From an uncultured Acidimicrobiia bacterium (GTDB lineage Bacteria > Actinomycetota > Acidimicrobiia > Spongiisociales > ZC4RG35), in assembly GCA_963761985.1 (NCBI GenBank), contig CAVXIT010000001.1, positions 52,003-116,002 of the forward strand: a stretch of DNA of 64,000 nucleotides, written 5' to 3'. Positions 20,563 to 29,987 of this stretch are shown one piece after another (the first letter of the stretch is position 1; every line of letters starts with the position of its first letter). A program made the position numbers and the translations under genes. The notes beneath the pieces were generated by a model. That model was not told where the DNA came from. It did not search any database and worked only from the letters and a program-made list of their open reading frames with translations.

Positions 20563-21888
20563 ATGTCTGATACTCCCCGTCGCGCGTTGGGCGCCAACTA
20601 TTGGAAGCTGTGGATCGCCAGCGTCATTTCCAACTTCGGTGATGGCGTCGCGCTGATCGCGTATCCCTGGCTCGCCTCGGCTGTCACACGGTCACCGCTC
20701 CAGATCGCGTTGGTTGGAGTTGCGACGCGACTGCCCTGGTTGATCTTCACGCTGCCCGCGGGGGTCATCACCGATCGCGCCGATAGGCGAAGACTGGTAG
20801 TGGCGATGGATGCGACCCGGGCACTGATCACCGTCGGTGTCGCCGCAGTCGTTCTCGTCAATCAGGGGATCTTGCCCACTCCGGAGCAAATCGAGGCCGC
20901 CGACTTTGCTCCCATGGCCAACTCAGGGATTCTGCTCGTCACTCTCTATGTTTCGGCGTTGCTCCTGGGAATGGCCGAAGTTCTGCGCGACAACGGTGCC
21001 CAGACGTTGATGCCGGCGGTGGTCGACAAAAGCCAGCTCGAAAAAGCCAACGGGCGTCTCTGGGGCGCCGAGATGGTCATGAACTCGTTCATCGGGCCTC
21101 CACTCGGTGGACTGCTTCTCGCAGTGGCCTTCAGCCTTCCTTTCTTCATCGACTCGGTCACATTCGCGGTTTCGGCCGCCTTGCTCGCTGCCCTCACGGG
21201 TTCATTCCGTCCCAGCGGCGAGACGCGGGCTTCGTTTCGCACTGATCTGAAGGAGGGATTCCGTTGGTTGTGGAATCACCAACTGCTGAAGAGGTTCGCG
21301 ATCGTGTTGGGCTTGATCAACGCATCGAGCGCGGCGACAACTGCGACATTGGTGCTCTTCGGACAAGAGGTCCTTCAGGTTGACGCCGCTGGATTTGGCC
21401 TGCTGATGTCGGCAGGTGCCGCCGGCGGTGTGCTCGGCAGCCTGGCCGCCGCCCCTTTCACTAAGCGGCTCGGATCCGGCTCCACCATCATGTTCACGCT
21501 CGTCAGTTCGGCCATTACTTCATTGGTCATCGGGCTCACGTCGTCGGCGGTGGTTGTCTGGGTCATGTTCGCCATCATGTCGTTCGGCGGTGTGATGTGG
21601 AACGTGGTGACGGTTTCCCTCCGCCAGGCGATCATCCCCGATCGGCTGTTAGGCCGCGTGAACAGCGTCTATCGGTTCTTCGGCTGGGGGATGATGCCGA
21701 TCGGGCTATTCATCGGTGGCGCGCTGGTGGCGGTGGTCGCCAACCTGTTGACTCGGGAGTGGGGCCTGCGCTCTCCCTTCTTCGTTGCCGCGGTACTGCA
21801 GGCACTCTTGGCCATCTACGCAATCGGTCGGCTGAGTACGCGCCAAATCGAAGCCGCACGAGAAGCCGCCGGACCGGCTAGTCAATGA
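20563..21888 (+). CDS. MFS transporter
   Basis: 441 aa, 12 TM pattern. Confidence 0.8.
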   Translation: MSDTPRRALGANYWKLWIASVISNFGDGVALIAYPWLASAVTRSPLQIALVGVATRLPWLIFTLPAGVITDRADRRRLVVAMDATRALITVGVAAVVLVNQGILPTPEQIEAADFAPMANSGILLVTLYVSALLLGMAEVLRDNGAQTLMPAVVDKSQLEKANGRLWGAEMVMNSFIGPPLGGLLLAVAFSLPFFIDSVTFAVSAALLAALTGSFRPSGETRASFRTDLKEGFRWLWNHQLLKRFAIVLGLINASSAATTATLVLFGQEVLQVDAAGFGLLMSAGAAGGVLGSLAAAPFTKRLGSGSTIMFTLVSSAITSLVIGLTSSAVVVWVMFAIMSFGGVMWNVVTVSLRQAIIPDRLLGRVNSVYRFFGWGMMPIGLFIGGALVAVVANLLTREWGLRSPFFVAAVLQALLAIYAIGRLSTRQIEAAREAAGPASQ

Positions 21889-24444
21889 TTAGGCGAAGAC
21901 TGCTTCCAAAGTGAGATCGTCGGCCGTTTCGAAGGTGAATTCCCCGGTGATGACGCCGGCGCTGCGGAGGTCGTCGGCAACCAGCGAAATCGCCTCAATG
22001 GTGTCCGCCGGCGCGCGCACCGTAACGGTTGCGAGGGGAGCTTTCATCGAAGTCTGCGCATCGGTCTTCGCCTTGCGAATCAACGAGAGGATTGCTCCGG
22101 CGTGGGTCAACAAGCCATCACGATCGGGCAGGTCTCGCCGCAGCTCATTCGAATTCGGCCACGCCGAACGATGGATGCTCCCCTCCTGCCACCACGACCA
22201 AACTTCCTCGGTGACATAGGGCAGGAACGGGGCGAAGAGCTTGAGCAGCGTTTCGAGGGCGACGGCTAGCGTGGCACGCGCCGAGCGACTGCCTGGCGCA
22301 TCGTCGGCATAGGCACGACCTTTAACCAGCTCCAAATAGTCGTCGCAAAAGGGCCAGAAGAATTCCTCGGTACGCTCGATCGCCCGGGCATAGTCAAGGC
22401 CCTCAAAAGCCAATGTGGCTTCCTCGACCAAATTGGCCAACGCGCTCAGAAGTGACAGGTCCAAAGGCTCGGTCGGCTCCCCGGAAGCGTCTCCGGTGAG
22501 ACCGAGGACAAAGCGAGAGGCGTTGAGCACCTTGGTGGCAAGGCGGCGGCCGATCTTGAGTTGTCCCTCATCAAAGGCGATGTCGGTTCCGGGCCGCCCC
22601 TGCGCGGCCCAATAGCGGACCGCATCGGCGCCGAAACGGTCGAGCATGGCAACGGGATCGTTGGGGCTGTTGCCAGCCGACTTGCTGAGCTTTTTCCGGT
22701 CAGGGTCGATGACGAACCCGGAGATGGCGGCATTTTTCCAGGGAGGGGCGCCGAACTCGTAATGCGCGCGCACGATGGTGGAGAAGAGCCAGGTGCGGAT
22801 GATCTCGTGGGCCTGCGGGCGCAAGTCCATCGGATACGTGCGGGAGAAAAGGTCGGAGTCGTCGAGATAACCGGTGATGATCTGGGGGGACAACGAGGAA
22901 GTCGCCCAGGTATCCATCACGTCGGAATCTGCGGCGAATCCGTCCGGCTGGTTTCGCTGCGCCGGTTGGAATCCGGGTGGCGTATCTGTGGAAGGATCGA
23001 CTGGCAGCATCTCCACCGGCGCCGCAATCGGCGCGAGGTAGTCCACCTGCCCGTCGACGCCGATCGGGTACCAGATCGGGAACGGGACCCCGAAGTAACG
23101 CTGCCGGGTGATGTTCCAATCGCCCGACAATCCCGTGACCCAGTTTTCGTATCGCACCCGCATGAAGTCGGGCACCCAGTTGACTTCCCGACCAAGCTCG
23201 ATGAGCACGTCTTTGTCGGGATAGCGAATAAACCATTGGTCCGAGGTCACGATCTCGAGCGGGCGCGTCCCGTTCTCCCAGAACTTCACCGAGTGCGTGA
23301 TCGGACGCGGCTCCGCGGCGAGCTTGTTGGCCTCCGCCAGCAGATTGGTGACGATGTCCTTAGCCTGCTTGGTCGAACGGCCGGTGAGCTGGTCATATGC
23401 GCTTTGGGCGGCGCCGGCATCATCGCTCTCGAATCCTGGCTGCCCCCAACTGACCTCCCGCATCGTGCCGTTTCTCTCCACCAACGCCCTGGTCTCAAGG
23501 TTGAGCTCACGCCACCAGATCACGTCAGTGGCGTCACCAAAGGTGCAGATCATCGCCAGGCCCGTCCCCTTCTCCGGGTCGCCGAGATGGTGGGCGACGA
23601 TCGGGACCGACACCCCGAACAGCGGTGTGGTCGCCCATTTTCCGAAGAGCGGCTTATAGCGCTGGTCGTCGGGGTGGGCGACGAGAGCAACACAGGCAGG
23701 CAACAGCTCGGGGCGGGTCGTATCGACCAAGAGGTCGGAACCGTCGGGGCTTTGGAAGACAATGCGCTGATAGACACCAGGTACTTCGCGATCTTCGAGT
23801 TCGGCTTGTGCCACCGCAGTGCGCAGATCGACGTCCCACAATGTCGGCGACTCGGCGCGGTAAGCCACACCTTTCTCGAGGAGCCGCAAGAAGGCCCGCT
23901 GCGAGACCTTGGTCGCGTAGGGACCAATGGTGGTGTACGTGAACGACCAATCGATGGAAAGGCCGAGCCGTGACCAGAGCTCGTGATAGCTGGCTTCCAT
24001 CTCGGGGACGATTTGCTGACAGAGCTCGATGAAGTTCGGCCGCGAGACGGGGAGCGGGCGTTTGGGAGGCTCGGCAGGCGGCTCGAAGGCAGGGTCGTAG
24101 GGAAGGCTCGGGTCGACCATCGTCCCGGTCATGAGTTGCACTCTGCGTTCGACGTTGAGGCCGTTGTCATCCCAGCCGATCGGATAGAAAACCTCTTTTC
24201 CCGTCATCCGCTGGTATCGGGCAACTAAATCGGTGTGCGTGTAGGAGAAAACGTGGCCGATATGGAGCCGGCCGGAAACCGTCGGGGGAGGCGTATCGAT
24301 CGAAAAGACCTCATCCCGCTTCCGGGTGCGATCGAATTTGTAGGTGCCCTCTTCCTCCCAACGAGCGCGCCATTTGTCCTCTAGTCCTTCGAGGACCGGC
24401 TTTGGGGGAAGGGAGGCGATCATCTCGAACAGGATACGCGTCAA
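21889..24444 (-). CDS. valS: valine--tRNA ligase
   Basis: PPPTVSGRLHIGH (HIGH), KLSKSAGN (KMSKS), 851 aa, class I editing aaRS architecture. Confidence 0.9.
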   Translation of the reverse strand: MTRILFEMIASLPPKPVLEGLEDKWRARWEEEGTYKFDRTRKRDEVFSIDTPPPTVSGRLHIGHVFSYTHTDLVARYQRMTGKEVFYPIGWDDNGLNVERRVQLMTGTMVDPSLPYDPAFEPPAEPPKRPLPVSRPNFIELCQQIVPEMEASYHELWSRLGLSIDWSFTYTTIGPYATKVSQRAFLRLLEKGVAYRAESPTLWDVDLRTAVAQAELEDREVPGVYQRIVFQSPDGSDLLVDTTRPELLPACVALVAHPDDQRYKPLFGKWATTPLFGVSVPIVAHHLGDPEKGTGLAMICTFGDATDVIWWRELNLETRALVERNGTMREVSWGQPGFESDDAGAAQSAYDQLTGRSTKQAKDIVTNLLAEANKLAAEPRPITHSVKFWENGTRPLEIVTSDQWFIRYPDKDVLIELGREVNWVPDFMRVRYENWVTGLSGDWNITRQRYFGVPFPIWYPIGVDGQVDYLAPIAAPVEMLPVDPSTDTPPGFQPAQRNQPDGFAADSDVMDTWATSSLSPQIITGYLDDSDLFSRTYPMDLRPQAHEIIRTWLFSTIVRAHYEFGAPPWKNAAISGFVIDPDRKKLSKSAGNSPNDPVAMLDRFGADAVRYWAAQGRPGTDIAFDEGQLKIGRRLATKVLNASRFVLGLTGDASGEPTEPLDLSLLSALANLVEEATLAFEGLDYARAIERTEEFFWPFCDDYLELVKGRAYADDAPGSRSARATLAVALETLLKLFAPFLPYVTEEVWSWWQEGSIHRSAWPNSNELRRDLPDRDGLLTHAGAILSLIRKAKTDAQTSMKAPLATVTVRAPADTIEAISLVADDLRSAGVITGEFTFETADDLTLEAVFA

Positions 24445-24530
24445 CGCCTCAGCGGAAGAAGGGAGATCCGTTCGTGAAAACGTCCGCTAGCTTTGACATT
24501 GGAGTGGACCGCTGATCGCCCGGAGCACGG

Positions 24531-25004
24531 GTGAATGCGTGGTTGAAAGGGAAAAGTATGAGAAAGCTCTTCGAATCGGTCCGTGCGTCGCGCTGGCCAG
24601 TGTTCGCAGTCGTTGTTTCGATCCTGTTACTTGCGGTCGCCCCGGCCGCCTGGTCGCGAACTGGCACCGCCCAGCAACGCCAGGTCGCTGTCGGAGTGCT
24701 GGAGGTAGACGACTGCAAGCAAGGCAATTGGCAGCGCTATGGCGTCTTCAAGAACCAGGGCGACTGCGTCAGCTATGTGGCGACCGGAGGCCGCAACCAG
24801 CCTTCTGGTCAGACCGGCACCACCCAGAGCCCCACCACCACCACGCAGCCGGCTCCAACAACCACAACCATCGCCACCAACCGGCCGGCATCTAAAGAAG
24901 ATTGCAAGGACGGGGGCTGGACGGATTACGGCGTCTTCAAGAACCAGGGCGACTGCGTGAGCTATGTGGCGACTGGGGGGACCAACCCTCCAGACGGCGC
25001 TTAG
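24531..25004 (+). CDS. small secreted protein with two tandem Cys-containing repeats (DCKxGxWxxYGVFKNQGDCVSYVATGG) and a Thr-rich linker
   Basis: signal-peptide-like N-terminus; internal duplication visible at protein and DNA level. Confidence 0.6.
   Translation: MNAWLKGKSMRKLFESVRASRWPVFAVVVSILLLAVAPAAWSRTGTAQQRQVAVGVLEVDDCKQGNWQRYGVFKNQGDCVSYVATGGRNQPSGQTGTTQSPTTTTQPAPTTTTIATNRPASKEDCKDGGWTDYGVFKNQGDCVSYVATGGTNPPDGA
24741..24789 (+). repeat. direct repeat copy 1 (ggcgtcttcaagaaccagggcgactgcgtcagctatgtggcgac)
   Basis: near-identical to 24930..24978. Confidence 0.7.
24930..24978 (+). repeat. direct repeat copy 2 (one mismatch relative to copy 1)
   Basis: near-identical to 24741..24789. Confidence 0.7.
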
Positions 25005-25014
25005 GCTCGTCTCG

Positions 25015-25650
25015 CTAGTAGCGCGACCGCTCTTGTGCGGTGGCGATGATTCGTTCGGCCTCGAGCCGCGCCGCTTCGAGCCTTTGTTTGGCGCTCTCGG
25101 TCATTTCTTCCACCCGCGCGTCGGCTTCGACCTTGGCATGGCGGATGATCGAGTCGGCCTGACGGCGGGCATCGAGCAGGTCTGACTCCGTCCGGACAAG
25201 CTCGAGCTGGCGATCGGCAATGAGCTGGGCAAGTTCGGCGGCACGGGCTTCGGCCGGGGCGATGGATTCCTTCGCCTCGCGAACCAACTCCGCTGCCTGC
25301 CGCTCGGCATTTCGGCGGAGCTGGTCTGCCCCGTCGACCATCTCGTTGACCTTGCGAGCAACGTCCTTGCGCGCTTGTTCAGTTCCCCCCGCAGCTGCGG
25401 TCTCGGCCATGAGCCGCAGACGTTCGGCCTCACGAACCAATTCCTCTGACTGCTGTCGCGCCTCGAGTCGGGTTAGCGCGGCTTCTTCGCGGGCGGCTGC
25501 CAACATCTGGGCGAGCCGATCGTCGAGAGGTCGATCAGGGGAAGCCAGATGGGCGAGAGCCCATTCCGCCTCCGCAAGGCGGGACCGCAGATAATCAAGC
25601 TCGGCAGTGAGCCGTTCGATGTCGAGCTGGTCCGACGGTTCCGAGTTCAC
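25015..25650 (-). CDS. coiled-coil protein (Ala/Glu/Arg-rich), co-directional directly downstream of cvnD
   Basis: 211 aa, heptad-like AEAxR repeats, no enzymatic motif. Confidence 0.55.
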   Translation of the reverse strand: MNSEPSDQLDIERLTAELDYLRSRLAEAEWALAHLASPDRPLDDRLAQMLAAAREEAALTRLEARQQSEELVREAERLRLMAETAAAGGTEQARKDVARKVNEMVDGADQLRRNAERQAAELVREAKESIAPAEARAAELAQLIADRQLELVRTESDLLDARRQADSIIRHAKVEADARVEEMTESAKQRLEAARLEAERIIATAQERSRY

Positions 25651-25693
25651 CGGCCCAGCCTATCTTTGGCCCCGAACGCCCCCGCGAGCCAGC

Positions 25694-26282
25694 TCACGGC
25701 GCGGCGGCTCCCTCCAGTGCCCTTGTCAGGGCATGCTCGACGAGATGAACCAGGGCACCCTGCACCTGCAGGCGGTGTCGGGCGTCGCAGAAGACCATTG
25801 GCACTTCTGGCCCGATCGCGAGGGCGCTGGCGACATCGGCCAGGTCGTGGGTCTTTTCTCCATTGAAGGTGTTGACTCGCGACGAGAAAGGGAACCCCCT
25901 GTTTCTCGAAGAAGTCGACCGCCGGGAAGCCGGCCTCGAGCCGCCGGGTATCGACAAGCACGACCGCCCCGATGGCGCCTTTGGAGAGCTCGTACCACAT
26001 GAAGTGGAATCGATCTTGTCCGGGAGTGCCAAAGAGATAGAGAACGAGGTTGCCCTTCAGGCTGATGCGACCGAAATCCATCGCCACGGTCGTCGTCGTC
26101 TTGGTGTTATCGGCGAAGAGTTCATCGACCCCGGCACTCACCTGGGTCATGACTGCTTCGCTACGTAGCGGCTCGATCTCGGAGATCGATCCGACAAAGG
26201 TTGTCTTTCCGACTCCGAAACCGCCGGCAACGACAATCTTGACCGGCAGCAGCCGGGGTCGGTCAGAGAGCCTGGATTCCAT
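25694..26282 (-). CDS. cvnD: conservon Ras-like GTPase (CvnD, MglA-like), split by a +1 frameshift near 25875-25885
   Basis: KIVVAGGFGVGKTTFVGSISEI, LYLFGTPGQDRF in ORF 25647..26282; C-terminal VNTFNGEKTHDLADV...CDARHR...LVEHAL is in ORF 25694..26032 in the +1 frame; an extra base in gcgAgtcaac explains the split. Confidence 0.8.
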
Positions 26283-26637
26283 CGAGCACCTTCCTCAGGA
26301 GCGTTGCGTACTGGTAAGAGTCGAGATCGGTGGCGTTGCCCGTGGGTGGATCGAGGATTTGCAGCGCTCCCCGGCGGGCGAGGTCGGCGACAACTACCCG
26401 AATCACTCCGACTGGCACATCGAGGCGGGCCGAGATTTCGACGAGTGCGAGCTGGCGATCGGTGAGGTCGATGATGCGGGCGGCCTCGAATCGATAGAGG
26501 TGGCGATTCTCGCGGCCCGCCTCGGTTGCAACGATCTGTGCTTCGAGGGCAATCTGGGGAAGGTCGCGTCCAGTGCGGCCACCGGTCATCGTGTATGGCC
26601 GAACCAACCTCCCCGGAGCATCCCCTTCGTGCTTCAC
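26263..26637 (-). CDS. cvnC: DUF742 protein (CvnC)
   Basis: RPYTMTGGRT signature. Confidence 0.8.
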   Translation of the reverse strand: MKHEGDAPGRLVRPYTMTGGRTGRDLPQIALEAQIVATEAGRENRHLYRFEAARIIDLTDRQLALVEISARLDVPVGVIRVVVADLARRGALQILDPPTGNATDLDSYQYATLLRKVLDGIQAL

Positions 26638-27053
26638 TTCGAGGCAACCAGCTCCATCTTCAGTTCTTCGCGGACCTCGGGCGTGAGCACCTGACCGGCC
26701 CGCTCAGCGAAGAGCGCCATCTGGTAGGCGACCGAACCGATGTCGACCGATCGGCTGGTCAGGACGCAGAGAAGAGATCCATCGCTGATCCCGGTGACGA
26801 ACAGCCAGCCGTTGGTCATTTCGATGATCACGTTCGATACTGACCCGGCGCCGAAGCGTCCCGCCGATCCGTAGGCCAAGCCGATCATGCCGGAGGCGAC
26901 GGCAGCCAACCGATCAGCCGACTCCCGATCGACATCGAGCGAGACTGCCATCGGCAGTCCATCGGAGGAAACCACGACCGCCTTGCGAACGGTCGGAACC
27001 GCCTCGACAAATCGACCAATCAGCCAGTTGAGGTTGGAAGCACCAGCACTCAT
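26634..27053 (-). CDS. cvnB: Roadblock/LC7 domain protein (CvnB)
   Basis: 139 aa, conservon position, ATGA overlap with cvnA stop. Confidence 0.8.
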   Translation of the reverse strand: MSAGASNLNWLIGRFVEAVPTVRKAVVVSSDGLPMAVSLDVDRESADRLAAVASGMIGLAYGSAGRFGAGSVSNVIIEMTNGWLFVTGISDGSLLCVLTSRSVDIGSVAYQMALFAERAGQVLTPEVREELKMELVASK

Positions 27054-29388
27054 TCGTCAGATCCCTTCGTGTCTTTGTTTGGTCCGTCACCGAGCTTGCC
27101 GGCGCTGTCGCGGCCCGTCTGGAAGGCGCTGAGGGCAGCTTTGATCCCCTCAGGCCCGATGTCAGACGAGCTCGAGCTCGTTGCACCCTCATTGCTCCGA
27201 TCCTGGAACGACGTGCCTGGCACGCGGGTTGGAAGGCCTTGCTCGGTAAGAATGGTGCCGGCGCTGAGCGCGGGGTCGCCGTAGTTCCGTTGCCCCCGAT
27301 GGTTGGGTTTGGGGCCGGTTGTGGGGTCGACGGTGACGGTCGCGGCGAGGGCGCCGGTGTTGGGGGGCTGCTAATCGGAGCCGGGACCGCATGGAGACGG
27401 GCCGGGGTGGTGGACGGCAGAGCGACCGGGGCTGCGGGTGGGTTGGGAACCGCCTGGACCGGTCGGTTGCGACGAGAGTCCACCATGGCCGGCGGCTGGT
27501 TCTGGACGCGTGGTGGTTCGGGTGGCCGGGTGATCACGGCGGTCTCTAGCAACCCCCGCGGCACGGTGATCCGTACGGTGATCCCAGGCACACCCGCCGC
27601 GAGGCGAACTCGCATGCGGTGGCGGGACGCCAGCCGAGCGACCACGTACATACCCAGTGTCGGTTCGAGGGCAAGACCCAGCACCGGAGGATGGGCCAGG
27701 AGTTCGTTGAGTTCGACGAGTCGCTCATCACCGATCCCGATGCCGTGATCCGAAATGGTGATCAAGTAGCCCTGCTCGTCGAAGAGCCCAGCGACGCGTA
27801 CTCGTTCGGTGGGCGGCGAGAACTGTGTGGCATTGTCCAAAAGTTCCGACATGAGGTGGGCGACATCCGAAACCGCATGACCGGCAACCCGCACCGGTTC
27901 GAGCGCGAGGATGTCGATGCGCTGATAATCATCGACCTCGCCGAGCGCGGCTCTGATGACGTCGCCGATTTCGAGTGGCTTTTCCCACATCCGCGGGCTC
28001 TCGGCGCCGGCCAGAACCAGAAGGCTCTCCGCGTTGCGCCGCATCCGGGTGCTGAGATGATCGAGCCGGTAGTAGCCGGCGAGAGTCTCGGGATCTTCTT
28101 CCTTCGATTCAAGTTTGTCGATCAGGGCAAGCTGGCGGTCGACGAGCGAGCTGTTGCGACGGGCGAGCGTGACAAAAATCTCCGAAACCCCTTTGCGGAG
28201 GATGTCCATCTGCTGGGCGGCGACTTCGACCAGCGTGCTGTGTAGCGCGGAGAAGGAACGAGCCAGCTCGCTGACCTCATCGTTTCCGGAGTCACGAATC
28301 CGCGAGGAGATGATCGAACGGGCAGGGACAACGCCGCTCTCGTCGGGATTGCGCAGCGCCGAGACCAGATTGGGCAGTTCGACCTCAGCGACGCGCCGTG
28401 CCGAATCCGTGACAGCTCGCACTCGCCGAACCAGGGAACGCTCGATGCGCACCGTGGCAAAGATGGTGATGAGGATGATCACGGCCACGCCGGCCGCGAT
28501 GAAGATCGCCCGCTGGCGCGCGGTCGCCGAGTCAAGCTGGGCGGCCTCGGCCGCCTGATCGGCGAGACGGTCGGCGGCCACGATCAGCAGCTCGTTGCGG
28601 TCGGCGGGGAAGCCATTGATGTCAACGGTCTCAGAGGCTTCGCGCCCGGTGACGGCTTCTTCCATGGCGGCGAGGTCGGCGAGTTCCTGAGCGGCCAGGT
28701 CTGATGCCTCGGCGGCGCGTTCCTGCCAGCTGCGGAGCTCGGCCTCGAGGATGTTCAGGTTCGACTCAACCTGGTCCCGCTGCTGATCGGTGCCGCGGGA
28801 GATAAAGGTTCGCACAATCTGTTCTTGCCCGAAGGAGATGCTCGCCGCTTCGGCCAGAGCCTCAGCTGCGGAAACGTCCTGGGCTTTCTCGCGATCGTCA
28901 AGGTCGAGCGTCACATGCGAGATGACATCGAAGAGCAACGAGCTTCCGCTCCGGTAGCCCGAGGCCAAACCGACGTTGACCTCCTCGGCTGCTCGAACAT
29001 CGGCCAGCCAGGACTCGATCGCAGAAGTGGTCGCAGTCAAACCATCGACCAAATCTTCGCTATCGGGTCGCACGCTGGCAGCCAGCACCTCCACCGTGGC
29101 TGACAGCTTGTCGATGGCGAGGTCGGTCTGGATCCGAGCGGACTCGAGATTGACGGGGTCGACCGCCTCCGGATCGAGAACCAAAGTATTCACGAGGTGC
29201 TGTTCGGACCACAGGGTGCTCAAGGCCTCCATGGCCGAGCTGGCGACGGTCGAGGCCTGAGCGGTCTCTTCCTGCACGTTCGCTTGCTCGAGGAAAGTCC
29301 ACGCGACGTAGCCACCGGCAAGCAGCGCCACCAACCCGATCGGGATGCTCGCCAACGCCAATTTGGCGGCCAGCCGAGTCCTAAACAC
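27050..29388 (-). CDS. cvnA: conservon sensor histidine-kinase-like ATPase (CvnA), frame change in the Pro-rich C-terminal region (~27150-27300)
   Basis: N-terminal TM, long sensor region, HATPase (ITISDHGIGIGDERL), Pro-rich tail; the conserved C-terminal motif ...GPEGIKAALSAFQTGRDSAGK and the ATGA overlap with cvnB are found only in the -1/+2 frame. Confidence 0.8.
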
Positions 29389-29496
29389 GTAGCTCCCTCC
29401 TTGCGAAATAGTCCGCAGTGCTTATCGACCGAAACGGCTGCCTTCTTTAGGCGCGCGGGCTCCCCGAGGCTGATCTCCGGTGCGTAAGGTCGAGGG

Positions 29497-29949
29497 GTGA
29501 AGTACTGGCTCTACAAGTCTGAGCCCAACAGCTACAGCATCGACGATCTGGCCCGGGATCGGACGACGATTTGGGACGGAGTGCGCAACTACATCGCTCG
29601 CAACTATCTGCTCCAGGCCGAGGCAGGGGACCTTGCCTTCTTCTACCACTCGAGTGCCAATCCACCCGGCGTAGCCGGCCTCTCCCGAGTCATCGAAACG
29701 AAAGTTGTGGACCCCACGCAATTCGATCCGGAGTCGAAGTACTTCGACGCTGGAGCCAAGCCCGAGGAGCCTCGTTGGCACACCACGACGGTCGAGTTCG
29801 TCGAGAAATTCCGAACATTCATTTCGCTCGAGACCCTGCGAGCGACCTTCTCCCCCGAAGAGCTCCCGATTCTTCGTCGGGGAAGTCGCCTGTCGGTTAC
29901 TCCGGTCCCCGAATCGTCCGCTTTGCGTCTGCTCGAATTGGCTCGCTGA
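29497..29949 (+). CDS. EVE (PUA-like) domain protein
   Basis: MKYWLYKSEPNSYSIDDL...WDGVRNYIARNYL...FFYHS typical of EVE/DUF55. Confidence 0.8.
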   Translation: MKYWLYKSEPNSYSIDDLARDRTTIWDGVRNYIARNYLLQAEAGDLAFFYHSSANPPGVAGLSRVIETKVVDPTQFDPESKYFDAGAKPEEPRWHTTTVEFVEKFRTFISLETLRATFSPEELPILRRGSRLSVTPVPESSALRLLELAR

Positions 29950-29987
29950 GTTCTACAGGGGCGGCAGATCGTTGCCGATTCGAATTG

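Noticed and set aside
22561-23973. 470-aa plus-strand ORF
   Set aside because: It lies entirely antisense to valS and has Arg/Gly/Pro-rich composition with no motifs. This is the typical long open off-frame of GC-rich DNA.
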